A stretch of 64,000 nt of DNA from Escherichia coli 042 (GCF_000027125.1 NC_017626.1), one strand, 5' to 3'; shown: positions 1-14,344, counted from the first letter of the stretch. The notes: a model not told the origin generated them from the sequence alone. A program made the numbers and translations.

Positions 1-101
1 CCCAATACCTTGATATATTCTGAATTTTTAATGAAGCGGCGTGTTACGATATCTCCGTCAGGGGAATTGATGCACCATAGCGCAAACCGAATTATCAAGG
101 A

Positions 102-713
102 TTGATAATGACGCTCTACCAGATAAAACCGCTCTTTCAGTCGCTGTTAAGGCCGACGATGTTTTGGCTTAATAAGCACCATGTTACAGCGAATCACATC
201 ACTCTTGCTGCACTGGCACTTTCTCTTCTTAGCGGATTGCTGTTGATGTTGGTGGCACAACCCATCCTCTTTTTGCTATTGCCTATCGTGCTTTTTATCC
301 GTATGGCGCTCAATGCGCTGGATGGCATGATGGCGCGTGAGTGCAATCAGCAAACACATCTTGGGGCGATTTTGAATGAAACAGGCGATGTTATTTCCGA
401 TATTGCGCTTTATTTACCGTTTTTATTTTTACCGGAAAGTAACGCATCACTCGTAATACTCATGTTATTTTGCACCATATTGACTGAGTTTTGCGGTTTA
501 CTCGCGCAGACGATTAACGGTATTCGCAGTTATGCCGGTCCATTTGGCAAAAGCGATCGCGCGTTAATATTTGGTCTGTGGGGTCTGGCCATTGCCATTT
601 ATCCACAGTGGATGCAATGGAATAATCTTTTATGGGGCATTGCTTCAATTCTGCTTCTCTGGACTGCGATTAATCGTTGTCGGAGTGTGCTTTTTATGAG
701 TGCAGAAAGATAA
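102..713 (+). CDS. ynbA: CDP-alcohol phosphatidyltransferase family inner membrane protein YnbA
   Basis: 203-codon ORF (likely real start at the second Met, 108); hydrophobic multi-TM protein; matches remembered K-12 YnbA; stop overlaps ynbB ATG at 713. Confidence 0.88.
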   Translation: MIMTLYQIKPLFQSLLRPTMFWLNKHHVTANHITLAALALSLLSGLLLMLVAQPILFLLLPIVLFIRMALNALDGMMARECNQQTHLGAILNETGDVISDIALYLPFLFLPESNASLVILMLFCTILTEFCGLLAQTINGIRSYAGPFGKSDRALIFGLWGLAIAIYPQWMQWNNLLWGIASILLLWTAINRCRSVLFMSAER

Positions 714-877
714 TGCTGGAAAAATCTCTGGCAACACTTTTCGCGTTGTTAATTTTAGCAACGCTGATAAACCGTTTTCTGATATGGCGGTTACCGGAGA
801 GAAAAGGGGGTGAGGTTACATTACGTATTCGTACCTGGTGGGGCATCGTCATTTGTTTTTCAGGTAATGACTCCAAC

Positions 878-1255
878 TTATTGATAGTGTTTTATGTTCA
901 GATAATGCCCGATGACTTTGTCATGCAGCTCCACCGATTTTGAGAACGACAGCGACTTCCGTCCCAGCCGTGCCAGGTGCTGCCTCAGATTCAGGTTATG
1001 CCGCTCAATTCGCTGCGTATATCGCTTGCTGATTACGTGCAGCTTTCCCTTCAGGCGGGATTCATACAGCGGCCAGCCATCCGTCATCCATATCACCACG
1101 TCAAAGGGTGACAGCAGGCTCATAAGACGCCCCAGCGTCGCCATCGTGCGTTCACCGAATACGTGCGCAACAACCGTCTTCCGGAGACTGTCATACGCGT
1201 AAAACAGCCAGCGCTGGCGCGATTTAGCCCCGACATAGCCCCACTGTTCGTCCAT
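878..1255 (-). CDS. insB: IS1 InsB' transposase frame (expressed as InsAB' by -1 frameshift)
   Basis: 125-aa ORF from an internal Met, ...[70 protein letters not shown]; the frame extends further upstream without an ATG, as in canonical IS1. Confidence 0.85.
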   Translation of the reverse strand: MDEQWGYVGAKSRQRWLFYAYDSLRKTVVAHVFGERTMATLGRLMSLLSPFDVVIWMTDGWPLYESRLKGKLHVISKRYTQRIERHNLNLRQHLARLGRKSLSFSKSVELHDKVIGHYLNIKHYQ

Positions 1256-1299
1256 TTCCGCGCAGACGATGACGTCACTGCCCGGCTGTATGCGCGAGG

Positions 1300-1575
1300 T
1301 TACCGACTGCGGCCTGAGTTTTTTAAGTGACGTAAAATCGTGTTGAGGCCAACGCCCATAATGCGGGCAGTTGCCCGGCAGCCAACGCCATTCATGGCCA
1401 TATCAATGATTTTCTGGTGCGTACCGGGTTGAGAAGCGGTGTAAGTGAACTGCAGTTGCCATGTTTTACGGCAGTGAGAGCAGAGATAGCGCTGATGTCC
1501 GGCGGTGCTTTTGCCGTTACGCACCACTCCGTCAGTAGCTGAACAGGAGGGACAGCTGATAGAAACAGAAGCCAC
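1300..1575 (-). CDS. insA: IS1 InsA transposition regulator
   Basis: 91-aa [45 protein letters not shown]... is the canonical IS1 InsA. Confidence 0.93.
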
Positions 1576-2401
1576 TGGAGCACCTCAAAAACACCATCAT
1601 ACACTAAATCAGTAAGTTGGCAGCATCACCTGTTTTTCAATGGTGATTTCAGGTCCACGCTGGATGACGTTGACGTTTTTTGCGCTGATAAGTTTTCTGG
1701 CATTGAAAGAATATTGTACGCTTATATCTGTACATTTTCCGCGTTGGTTATATTGGGGTATTCCTCTTAACTATTTGCTTATCGGTTTTAATTGCTTTGA
1801 GCTGTTTCTGTTATTTATACCTTTGGCTGGGTTTCTGATATTAGCCACTTGGCGAGTTTTTGTGGGTGACCCCTCCGGTTTTCTGCATACCGTGAGCGCC
1901 ATTTTTTGGGGCTGGATAATGACCGTTTTCGCCTTGAGTCATGCCGCCTGGTTGTTAATGTTGCCAACCATAAATATCCAGGGCGAGGCGTTACTGGTGT
2001 TATTTCTTTTGGCATTAACCGAGTCAAACGATATTGCACAGTATTTATGGGGAAAATCCTGCGGCAGAAGAAAAGTGGTCCCTAAAGTCAGCCCGGGAAA
2101 AACATTGGAAGGTCTGATGGGCGGCGTAATCACCACCATTATTGCGTCACTGATTATTGGACCGTTGCTGACACCGCTAGATACATTACAGGCATTATTA
2201 GCGGGTTTGTTAATTGGTATTAGTGGTTTTTGCGGCGATGTAGTGATGTCAGCCATCAAACGAAATATTGGTGTTAAAGATAGTGGAAAACTATTACCAG
2301 GACATGGCGGACTCCTTGACAGGATTGACTCATTAATTTTCACCGCTCCGGTATTTTTTTATTTTATTCGCTACTGCTGTTACTGAAGGAAAACAGAGAA
2401 A

Positions 2402-5465
<3,064 letters not shown>

Positions 5466-5518
5466 GCGGATTGAGATGTGGACTGAATATCTACAGTCCA
5501 CATCAAGATCGTGTCCGC

Positions 5519-6133
<615 letters not shown>

Positions 6134-6324
6134 TTATAGATGTTTGAATGGGCGATGCCCCGTTGCTTGTTGACACTTTATTCACAATCCTGCCACAGAG
6201 ATAGCGCAATAAATCGAAGCCTATGTTCGAATTTATTGAACAACGCATAGAAAGCCGCGATGTGGTACTCTATATCTATCATTTAAAAGAAAATTAATCA
6301 GGCAGCCTACTGCCCACTAACGTT

Positions 6325-9300
6325 ATGACAGAACAACAAAAATTGACCTTTACGGCCTTGCAGCAGCGGCTGGATTCGCTGATGCTGCGCGACAGACAGC
6401 GTTTTTCTCGCCGTCTGCACGGCGTGAAGAAGGTTAAAAATCCTGATGCACAACAGGCCATTTTCCAGGAGATGGCGAAAGAGATTGACCATGCGGCAGG
6501 GAAAGTCCTGCTGCGTGAAGCGGCACGACCGGAAATCACTTATCCGGACAATTTGCCGGTTAGTCAGAAAAAGCAGGACATTCTCGAAGCAATTCGTGAT
6601 CACCAGGTAGTGATCGTCGCCGGGGAAACGGGTTCCGGTAAAACGACTCAGCTACCGAAAATCTGTATGGAGCTGGGCCGCGGGATTAAAGGGCTGATCG
6701 GCCATACCCAGCCGCGTCGTCTGGCGGCGCGAACGGTGGCGAACCGTATTGCGGAAGAGCTGAAAACGGAGCCGGGCGGTTGCATCGGTTACAAAGTGCG
6801 TTTCAGCGATCACGTAAGTGATAACACGATGGTCAAGCTGATGACCGACGGTATCCTGCTGGCGGAGATCCAGCAAGACCGCCTGCTGATGCAGTACGAC
6901 ACCATCATTATTGACGAAGCGCACGAACGCAGCCTGAATATCGATTTTCTGCTCGGCTATTTGAAAGAGTTGCTGCCGCGGCGTCCTGACCTAAAAATCA
7001 TTATCACTTCCGCGACTATCGACCCGGAACGCTTTTCGCGCCACTTTAATAATGCGCCGATTATCGAAGTCTCCGGTCGGACCTATCCGGTGGAAGTGCG
7101 CTATCGCCCGATTGTTGAAGAAGCCGATGATACCGAGCGCGATCAGTTGCAGGCGATTTTTGACGCTGTAGACGAACTGAGCCAGGAAAGCCCTGGCGAC
7201 ATTCTGATCTTTATGAGTGGTGAGCGGGAAATTCGCGATACCGCCGATGCGCTGAACAAGCTGAACTTACGCCATACCGAAATCTTGCCGCTTTATGCGC
7301 GGCTTTCGAACAGCGAACAGAACCGCGTGTTCCAGTCGCACAGTGGACGGCGCATTGTGCTGGCGACCAACGTCGCGGAAACCTCGCTGACCGTACCGGG
7401 GATTAAATACGTTATCGACCCAGGTACGGCGCGTATCAGCCGCTACAGCTATCGCACTAAAGTGCAGCGTTTGCCGATTGAGCCGATTTCTCAGGCGTCT
7501 GCCAACCAGCGTAAAGGCCGCTGTGGTCGTGTGTCAGAAGGGATCTGTATTCGTCTCTATTCGGAAGATGATTTCCTGTCGCGCCCGGAGTTTACCGATC
7601 CGGAGATTCTGCGTACCAACCTGGCCTCGGTTATTTTACAGATGACCGCGTTGGGGCTGGGTGATATCGCCGCGTTCCCATTTGTCGAAGCGCCGGATAA
7701 ACGTAATATCCAGGATGGCGTGCGTCTGCTCGAAGAGCTGGGCGCGATCACCACTGATGAACAGGCCAGCGCCTATAAACTGACGCCGCTCGGTCGCCAG
7801 CTTTCGCAATTGCCTGTCGATCCTCGTCTGGCGCGTATGGTGCTGGAAGCGCAAAAACATGGCTGCGTGCGTGAGGCGATGATTATCACGTCCGCGCTCT
7901 CCATCCAGGATCCGCGCGAACGACCGATGGACAAACAGCAGGCATCGGACGAAAAACATCGTCGCTTCCACGACAAAGAATCCGACTTCCTCGCGTTTGT
8001 AAATCTGTGGAATTATCTTGGCGAGCAGCAAAAGGCGCTTTCTTCCAACGCCTTCCGTCGCCTGTGTCGTACCGATTATCTCAACTATCTGCGCGTGCGC
8101 GAATGGCAGGATATCTACACCCAGTTGCGCCAGGTAGTAAAAGAACTTGGCATTCCAGTTAACAGCGAACCGGCGGAGTATCGCGAAATTCACATCGCCT
8201 TACTGACCGGTTTGCTTTCCCATATCGGCATGAAAGATGCCGATAAACAAGAATATACCGGCGCACGTAACGCGCGTTTTTCCATCTTTCCCGGTTCTGG
8301 TTTATTCAAAAAGCCGCCGAAATGGGTAATGGTGGCGGAACTGGTAGAAACCAGCCGCCTGTGGGGGCGCATTGCGGCACGCATCGATCCAGAATGGGTG
8401 GAGCCAGTTGCTCAGCATTTAATTAAACGCACCTACAGCGAACCACACTGGGAACGGGCGCAGGGCGCGGTGATGGCAACGGAAAAAGTCACCGTTTACG
8501 GGTTGCCGATTGTTGCCGCGCGTAAGGTCAACTACAGCCAGATCGATCCGGCGTTATGTCGTGAACTCTTTATTCGCCACGCGCTGGTGGAAGGTGACTG
8601 GCAGACACGTCATGCATTCTTCCGTGAAAACCTGAAACTGCGGGCTGAAGTGGAAGAACTGGAACACAAAACACGTCGCCGCGATATTCTGGTGGATGAC
8701 GAAACGCTGTTTGAGTTTTATGACCAGCGCATCAGCCACGATGTGATCTCTGCACGTCACTTCGACAGCTGGTGGAAAAAAGTCAGCCGCGAAACGCCTG
8801 ATTTGCTCAACTTTGAAAAGAGCATGTTGATCAAAGAAGGGGCGGAAAAGATCAGCAAGCTGGATTACCCGAACTTCTGGCATCAGGGCAATCTCAAACT
8901 GCGTTTGAGCTATCAGTTTGAGCCGGGGGCAGATGCTGACGGTGTGACTGTGCATATCCCGCTGCCGTTACTTAACCAGGTTGAGGAGAGCGGGTTTGAG
9001 TGGCAGATCCCCGGTCTGCGCCGCGAACTGGTGATTGCTCTGATTAAATCGTTGCCGAAACCAGTACGCCGTAATTTTGTGCCCGCGCCAAACTACGCCG
9101 AAGCTTTTTTAGGCCGCGTCACACCGCTGGAATTGCCGTTGCTCGACAGCCTTGAACGAGAGCTGCGGCGGATGACTGGCGTCACCGTTGACCGCGAAGA
9201 CTGGCACTGGGATCAGGTGCCCGATCACCTGAAAATCACCTTCCGCGTGGTGGATGACAAAAACAAGAAGCTAAAAGAAGGGCGCTCATTACAGGATCTG

Positions 9301-10227
9301 AAAGATGCTCTGAAAGGCAAAGTGCAGGAAACGCTGTCTGCGGTGGCGGATGACGGTATCGAGCAGAGCGGCTTACATATCTGGAGTTTTGGGCAACTGC
9401 CGGAAAGCTACGAACAGAAGCGTGGCAACTACAAAGTGAAGGCGTGGCCAGCGTTGGTGGATGAGCGCGACAGCGTGGCGATCAAACTGTTTGATAACCC
9501 GCTGGAACAAAAGCAGGCAATGTGGAACGGTCTTCGCCGTTTACTGCTGCTGAATATTCCGTCGCCAATCAAATATTTGCATGAGAAGTTGCCAAACAAA
9601 GCCAAACTTGGGCTGTACTTTAACCCGTATGGCAAAGTGCTGGAGCTGATAGACGACTGTATCTCCTGCGGTGTGGATCAACTGATCGACGCCAATGGTG
9701 GCCCGGTCTGGACGGAAGAAGGCTTTGCTGCGCTGCATGAAAAAGTCCGCGCTGAACTGAACGACACGGTGGTGGATATTGCGAAGCAGGTCGAGCAAAT
9801 CCTTACGGCAGTGTTCAATATCAACAAACGCCTGAAAGGGCGGGTGGATATGACCATGGCGCTGGGGCTTTCTGACATTAAAGCGCAGATGGGCGGGCTG
9901 GTGTATCGCGGTTTTGTCACTGGCAACGGTTTTAAACGGCTGGGCGACACGCTGCGTTATTTGCAGGCGATTGAAAAACGACTGGAAAAACTGGCGGTTG
10001 ATCCGCATCGCGACCGTGCTCAGATGCTGAAAGTCGAAAATGTCCAGCAGGCGTGGCAGCAGTGGATCAACAAACTGCCGCCTGCACGTCGTGAGGATGA
10101 AGACGTGAAAGAGATCCGTTGGATGATAGAAGAGTTGCGCGTCAGCTACTTCGCTCAACAACTTGGTACGCCTTATCCGATTTCGGATAAGCGTATTTTG
10201 CAGGCGATGGAGCAGATTAGCGGTTAA
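6325..10227 (+). CDS. hrpA: ATP-dependent RNA helicase HrpA (DEAH-box)
   Basis: 1300-aa ORF with Walker A GETGSGKTTQ, DEAH box and helicase C-terminal motifs. Confidence 0.96.
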   Translation: MTEQQKLTFTALQQRLDSLMLRDRQRFSRRLHGVKKVKNPDAQQAIFQEMAKEIDHAAGKVLLREAARPEITYPDNLPVSQKKQDILEAIRDHQVVIVAGETGSGKTTQLPKICMELGRGIKGLIGHTQPRRLAARTVANRIAEELKTEPGGCIGYKVRFSDHVSDNTMVKLMTDGILLAEIQQDRLLMQYDTIIIDEAHERSLNIDFLLGYLKELLPRRPDLKIIITSATIDPERFSRHFNNAPIIEVSGRTYPVEVRYRPIVEEADDTERDQLQAIFDAVDELSQESPGDILIFMSGEREIRDTADALNKLNLRHTEILPLYARLSNSEQNRVFQSHSGRRIVLATNVAETSLTVPGIKYVIDPGTARISRYSYRTKVQRLPIEPISQASANQRKGRCGRVSEGICIRLYSEDDFLSRPEFTDPEILRTNLASVILQMTALGLGDIAAFPFVEAPDKRNIQDGVRLLEELGAITTDEQASAYKLTPLGRQLSQLPVDPRLARMVLEAQKHGCVREAMIITSALSIQDPRERPMDKQQASDEKHRRFHDKESDFLAFVNLWNYLGEQQKALSSNAFRRLCRTDYLNYLRVREWQDIYTQLRQVVKELGIPVNSEPAEYREIHIALLTGLLSHIGMKDADKQEYTGARNARFSIFPGSGLFKKPPKWVMVAELVETSRLWGRIAARIDPEWVEPVAQHLIKRTYSEPHWERAQGAVMATEKVTVYGLPIVAARKVNYSQIDPALCRELFIRHALVEGDWQTRHAFFRENLKLRAEVEELEHKTRRRDILVDDETLFEFYDQRISHDVISARHFDSWWKKVSRETPDLLNFEKSMLIKEGAEKISKLDYPNFWHQGNLKLRLSYQFEPGADADGVTVHIPLPLLNQVEESGFEWQIPGLRRELVIALIKSLPKPVRRNFVPAPNYAEAFLGRVTPLELPLLDSLERELRRMTGVTVDREDWHWDQVPDHLKITFRVVDDKNKKLKEGRSLQDLKDALKGKVQETLSAVADDGIEQSGLHIWSFGQLPESYEQKRGNYKVKAWPALVDERDSVAIKLFDNPLEQKQAMWNGLRRLLLLNIPSPIKYLHEKLPNKAKLGLYFNPYGKVLELIDDCISCGVDQLIDANGGPVWTEEGFAALHEKVRAELNDTVVDIAKQVEQILTAVFNINKRLKGRVDMTMALGLSDIKAQMGGLVYRGFVTGNGFKRLGDTLRYLQAIEKRLEKLAVDPHRDRAQMLKVENVQQAWQQWINKLPPARREDEDVKEIRWMIEELRVSYFAQQLGTPYPISDKRILQAMEQISG

Positions 10228-10253
10228 CCCTGCTATTTGCCTGATAAATCTCA

Positions 10254-10286
10254 AACCCGGTAAGCATTTAGCGCCGGGTTTTTTCT
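10254..10286 (+). terminator. Rho-independent terminator downstream of hrpA
   Basis: Inverted repeat aacccgg ... ccgggtt followed by a T-run (ttttttc). Confidence 0.6.
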
Positions 10287-10457
10287 TTATGAATTCTGAA
10301 AAATAGCAAGGGCGGTACTATTTTACATAAGTTACATTCATACTCTGCCCATGGTAAACAGGACGTATTGCAATGAGTAGGCATGATATTTTAATGAGAT
10401 CGTATTATGAGCGAATAATAGAGCTTGATTGCGTCGGTCAGGCTTTAATCTCTTTCT

Positions 10458-10850
10458 ATGAAAAACTTCCAGAGGAAATTTTATCAGAAAATAATGGATT
10501 GGATTAATAGTATGAAAAATGTAGACAATATTATCTGGCATGATGGTGTTTTAGTTGAAACAAGAATGGAATGTCACCACGCCGGGTATAATTTTATATT
10601 GACGACAGAACTTTATGTTGATGAATTTACAGCCGGAAGGGAACGAAAAAGATTCGAGTTTACAGGAGTGGAACATTTATCGCAGGTTATGGATATTGCT
10701 GAGCTTATAGATAACCAAAACGCAGGTAATATTAAAGATGCGACAATTGTTTATAAGGCAAAGAAGTATGAAATTTCACTTCATTTGTTTGGCGGTTTTT
10801 TAAGTTTTACATTTAAAACCATGCGAGTTGTTGACAATGAATTTGAGTAA
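10458..10850 (+). CDS. Hypothetical protein, islet ORF A (start uncertain)
   Basis: 130-codon ORF in an AT-rich block; alternative starts at 10494 and 10512; no recognisable motif; its stop overlaps ORF B. Confidence 0.45.
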   Translation: MKNFQRKFYQKIMDWINSMKNVDNIIWHDGVLVETRMECHHAGYNFILTTELYVDEFTAGRERKRFEFTGVEHLSQVMDIAELIDNQNAGNIKDATIVYKAKKYEISLHLFGGFLSFTFKTMRVVDNEFE

Positions 10851-11286
10851 TGCCAAATGCGACAAATTGTCTTTTTATGAAGAAAAAATCCGCTGGCGAA
10901 TGCGTCGGCAAATCTCGAATGCAGAGGCAATATTTTACGAGAATCAGGAAGAACACATTCAGCGCTTTTTAGGCAGATATACCTGTCGCAAACCGGTTCT
11001 TGTTTATTGGGAAAGTGAACAAAGATGGACATCTGTAAACGGTCTGGAAGTGATGAGTATGTTTGATGGGCATTGTCATCACATCTACCTTGATGATATC
11101 AATAAAAAAATACAAGCTGAATTACCTGAAGATAAAACATTAGGTTTCAAACGTCAATTGCAATTTTTCAGTTTAGGGGATGAGAAGATTAGAATATGGG
11201 TGCCACAGGGGGAATTATATTTCGCATTAATGAATGTATTGCAGATGTTCCCCCTGAAGAAAATGGTTAATGACTGGACAAGGTAA
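10828..11286 (+). CDS. Hypothetical protein, islet ORF B
   Basis: 152-codon ORF (alternative start 10837) overlapping the end of ORF A, suggesting translational coupling; AT-rich; no recognisable motif. Confidence 0.45.
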   Translation: MLTMNLSNAKCDKLSFYEEKIRWRMRRQISNAEAIFYENQEEHIQRFLGRYTCRKPVLVYWESEQRWTSVNGLEVMSMFDGHCHHIYLDDINKKIQAELPEDKTLGFKRQLQFFSLGDEKIRIWVPQGELYFALMNVLQMFPLKKMVNDWTR

Positions 11287-11404
11287 TTTCAAATCACAGT
11301 AATGTCCATCGATTATACATGGTACGTAAACAGACTCGCACCGTTTTTGCAGAAGGTTAATGTGTGTCTATTGAGTGCAGTCTCATATATGAAGGGGTAT
11401 TGAC

Positions 11405-11782
11405 ATGGATGAATGTTTTATAAATATCACTCCGACTTCATTGTCTTTTAAAAACGCCGATCTGTCAGATTTAAGCTATAAAAATGCCAGGCTTGAACTT
11501 ACCCTGATATGCCCGGCGATCAAGTCAGAAGTTAAGTTATCATTTGACTGGATACATTCATTTCGTGTTACTGACGAAGGTGATTTGTTAGGAATGTCAG
11601 GAATGCACGGTATTAACCAAACAGGTATCTATAGAGTAGTGAATTCCGCCTATTTTTCATGGTTTACTATGCAAAGTTGTGAAATTTATAAAAATAATGT
11701 GATCGAGCATTATGTCATTGCCACGTCAAATGATGTTATTGATGTTTTATCAACAGTTTCTCCGCAAATACAGTATGACTAA
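11405..11782 (+). CDS. Hypothetical protein, islet ORF C
   Basis: 125-codon ORF on the same strand, 118 bp downstream of ORF B; AT-rich; no recognisable motif. Confidence 0.4.
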   Translation: MDECFINITPTSLSFKNADLSDLSYKNARLELTLICPAIKSEVKLSFDWIHSFRVTDEGDLLGMSGMHGINQTGIYRVVNSAYFSWFTMQSCEIYKNNVIEHYVIATSNDVIDVLSTVSPQIQYD

Positions 11783-11897
11783 AACCAGTGTCTGGTTCGC
11801 GATGGCGAGGTAGAAAAAGCATCATCTTCCTTTCAGAGTGCTCCGCTTCTCATTATTATCTCACGCAGTATTCTTAAGGAAACGATAAGGAGGAACC

Positions 11898-12698
11898 ATG
11901 AACATTACCCCGTTTCCGACGCTTTCGCCGGCAACCATAGATGCCATAAATGTTATCGGTCAGTGGCTGGCGTAGGATGATTTCTCCGGTGAGATGCCGT
12001 ATCAGGCCGATTGCGTGATCCTTGCAGGCAATGCGGTTATGCCAACTATCGATGCGGCATGCAAGATTGCCCGCGATCAGCAAATTCCTCTACTGATTAG
12101 TGGTGGTATCGGTCACTCGACAACTTTTTTGTATAGTGCCATCGCACAGCATCCGCACTACAACACTATCCGCACCACTGGCAGAGCAGAAGCTACCATC
12201 CTGGCGGATATCGCTCATCAGTACTGGCACATTCCGCATGAAAAAATCTGGATTGAAGACCAGTCAACAAACTGCGGTGAAAACGCACGCTTTAGCATCT
12301 CGCTATTGAATCAGGCCGTAGAACGAGTTCATACGGCTATCGTTGTTCAGGACCCCACAATGCAGCGGCGCACGATGGCGACGTTCCGCCGTATGACTGG
12401 GGACAATCCCGATGCACCACGCTGGTTAAGTTATCCCGGATTCGTTCCTCAGCTAGGAAACAACGCAGACAGTGTAATCTTTGTTAATCCGTTGCAAGGA
12501 TTATGGCCGGTTGAGCGTTATCTCTCACTACTCACTGGCGAGCTGCCACGTTTACGCGATGATAGCGATGGCTACGGTCCACGCGGGCGAGATTTTATCG
12601 TTCACGTTGATTTTCCGGCAGAAGTCATCCAGGCATGGCAAACGCTGAAACACGATGCGGTGCTCATCGAGGCGATGGAAAGTCGCTCGTTACGTTAA
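11898..12698 (+). pseudogene. ydcF: ydcF (DUF218 family) carrying an in-frame amber codon at codon 26
   Basis: Strong SD (aaggagg) plus ATG at 11898; frame reads MNITPFPTLSPATIDAINVIGQWLA, then TAG at 11973..11975, then continues in the same frame; next ATG at 11994 gives the 234-codon ORF. The two parts total 266 codons, the length remembered for K-12 YdcF. Confidence 0.6.
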
Positions 12699-12894
12699 AA
12701 ATTGCCCGTTTGTTAACCATTTGTTTGCAAACGGGCATGACTCCTGACGTTTATTTCTGCCTTTTATTCCTTTTACACTTGTTTTTATGAAGCCCTTCAC
12801 AGAATTGTCCTTTCACGATGCCGTCTCTATGATGATTGATGTTAATTAACAATGCATTTACCAATAACAAACATATAAATCACAGGAGTCGCCC

Positions 12895-14334
12895 ATGTCA
12901 GTACCCGTTCAACATCCTATGTATATCGATGGACAGTTTGTTACCTGGCGTGGAGACGCATGGATTGATGTGGTAAACCCTGCTACAGAGGCGGTCATTT
13001 CCCGCATTCCCGATGGTCAGGCCGAGGATGCCCGTAAGGCAATCGATGCAGCAGAACGTGCACAACCAGAATGGGAAGCGTTGCCTGCCATTGAACGCGC
13101 CAGTTGGTTGCGCAAAATCTCCGCCGGGATCCGAGAACGCGCCAGTGAAATCAGTGCGCTGATTGTTGAAGAAGGGGGCAAGATCCAGCAGCTGGCTGAA
13201 GTCGAAGTGGCTTTTACTGCGGACTATATCGATTACATGGCGGAGTGGGCACGGCGTTATGAAGGCGAGATTATTCAAAGCGATCGTCCAGGAGAAAATA
13301 TTCTTCTGTTTAAACGTGCGCTTGGCGTGACTACCGGCATTCTGCCGTGGAACTTCCCGTTCTTCCTCATTGCCCGCAAAATGGCTCCCGCTCTTTTGAC
13401 CGGTAATACCATCGTCATTAAACCCAGTGAATTTACGCCAAACAATGCGATTGCTTTTGCCAAAATTGTCGATGAAATAGGCCTTCCACGCGGTGTGTTT
13501 AACCTTGTGCTAGGGCGTGGTGAAACCGTTGGGCAAGAACTGGCGGGTAACCCAAAGGTCGCAATGGTCAGTATGACAGGCAGCGTCTCTGCAGGTGAAA
13601 AGATCATGGCGACTGCAGCAAAAAATATCACAAAAGTGTGTCTGGAATTGGGTGGTAAAGCACCAGCTATCGTAATGGACGATGCCGATCTTGAACTGGC
13701 AGTCAAAGCCATCGTTGATTCACGCGTCATTAATAGTGGGCAAGTGTGTAACTGTGCAGAACGTGTTTATGTACAGAAAGGCATTTATGATCAGTTCGTC
13801 AATCGGCTGGGTGAAGCGATGCAGGCGGTGCAATTTGGTAACCCCGCTGAACGCAACGACATTGCGATGGGGCCGTTGATTAACGCCTCGGCGCTGGAAA
13901 GGGTCGAGCAAAAAGTGGCGCGCGCAGTAGAAGAGGGGGCGAGAGTGGCGTTGGGGGGCAAGGCAGTAGAGGGGAAAGGATATTATTATCCGCCGACATT
14001 GCTGCTGGATGTTCGCCAGGAAATGTCGATTATGCACGAGGAAACCTTTGGCCCGGTGCTGCCAGTGGTCGCATTTGACACGCTGGAAGAGGCTATCGCA
14101 ATGGCTAATGACAGTGATTACGGCCTGACCTCATCAATCTATACCCAAAATTTGAACGTCGCGATGAAAGCCATTAAAGGGCTGAAGTTTGGTGAAACTT
14201 ACATTAACCGTGAAAACTTCGAAGCTATGCAAGGCTTCCACGCCGGATGGCGTAAATCCGGTATTGGCGGCGCAGATGGTAAACATGGCTTGCATGAATA
14301 CCTGCAGACCCAGGTGGTTTATTTACAGTCGTAA
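12895..14334 (+). CDS. aldA: Lactaldehyde dehydrogenase
   Basis: 479-aa ORF matching AldA; aldehyde dehydrogenase catalytic Cys/Glu motifs. Confidence 0.96.
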   Translation: MSVPVQHPMYIDGQFVTWRGDAWIDVVNPATEAVISRIPDGQAEDARKAIDAAERAQPEWEALPAIERASWLRKISAGIRERASEISALIVEEGGKIQQLAEVEVAFTADYIDYMAEWARRYEGEIIQSDRPGENILLFKRALGVTTGILPWNFPFFLIARKMAPALLTGNTIVIKPSEFTPNNAIAFAKIVDEIGLPRGVFNLVLGRGETVGQELAGNPKVAMVSMTGSVSAGEKIMATAAKNITKVCLELGGKAPAIVMDDADLELAVKAIVDSRVINSGQVCNCAERVYVQKGIYDQFVNRLGEAMQAVQFGNPAERNDIAMGPLINASALERVEQKVARAVEEGARVALGGKAVEGKGYYYPPTLLLDVRQEMSIMHEETFGPVLPVVAFDTLEEAIAMANDSDYGLTSSIYTQNLNVAMKAIKGLKFGETYINRENFEAMQGFHAGWRKSGIGGADGKHGLHEYLQTQVVYLQS

Positions 14335-14344
14335 TGAGTGAAAG

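Larger units (their letters stand above)
863..1630 (-). mobile_element. IS1 insertion sequence (768 bp)
   Basis: Terminal inverted repeats ggtaatgactccaacttattgat... (863) and ...atcagtaagttggcagcatcacc (1630); insA and insB' ORFs inside; flanked by direct 9-bp repeat tgtttttca (854..862 and 1631..1639). Confidence 0.95.
713..2386 (+). pseudogene. ynbB: ynbB (CDP-diglyceride synthetase-like) interrupted by IS1
   Basis: 5' part 713..862 (MLEKSLATLF...WGIVICFS) and 3' part 1640..2386 (MVISGPRW...) join in frame to exactly 897 bp once the 768-bp IS1 and one copy of the 9-bp duplication are removed. Confidence 0.85.

Noticed and set aside
9541-10254. 237-aa minus-strand ORF overlapping the 3' end of hrpA
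   Set aside because: Lies entirely antisense within the well-supported hrpA coding sequence; typical spurious frame in GC-rich coding DNA.
10338-10541. 67-aa minus-strand ORF at the left edge of the hrpA-ydcF islet
   Set aside because: Overlaps the start region of islet ORF A on the opposite strand, no SD; likely chance ORF in AT-rich DNA.
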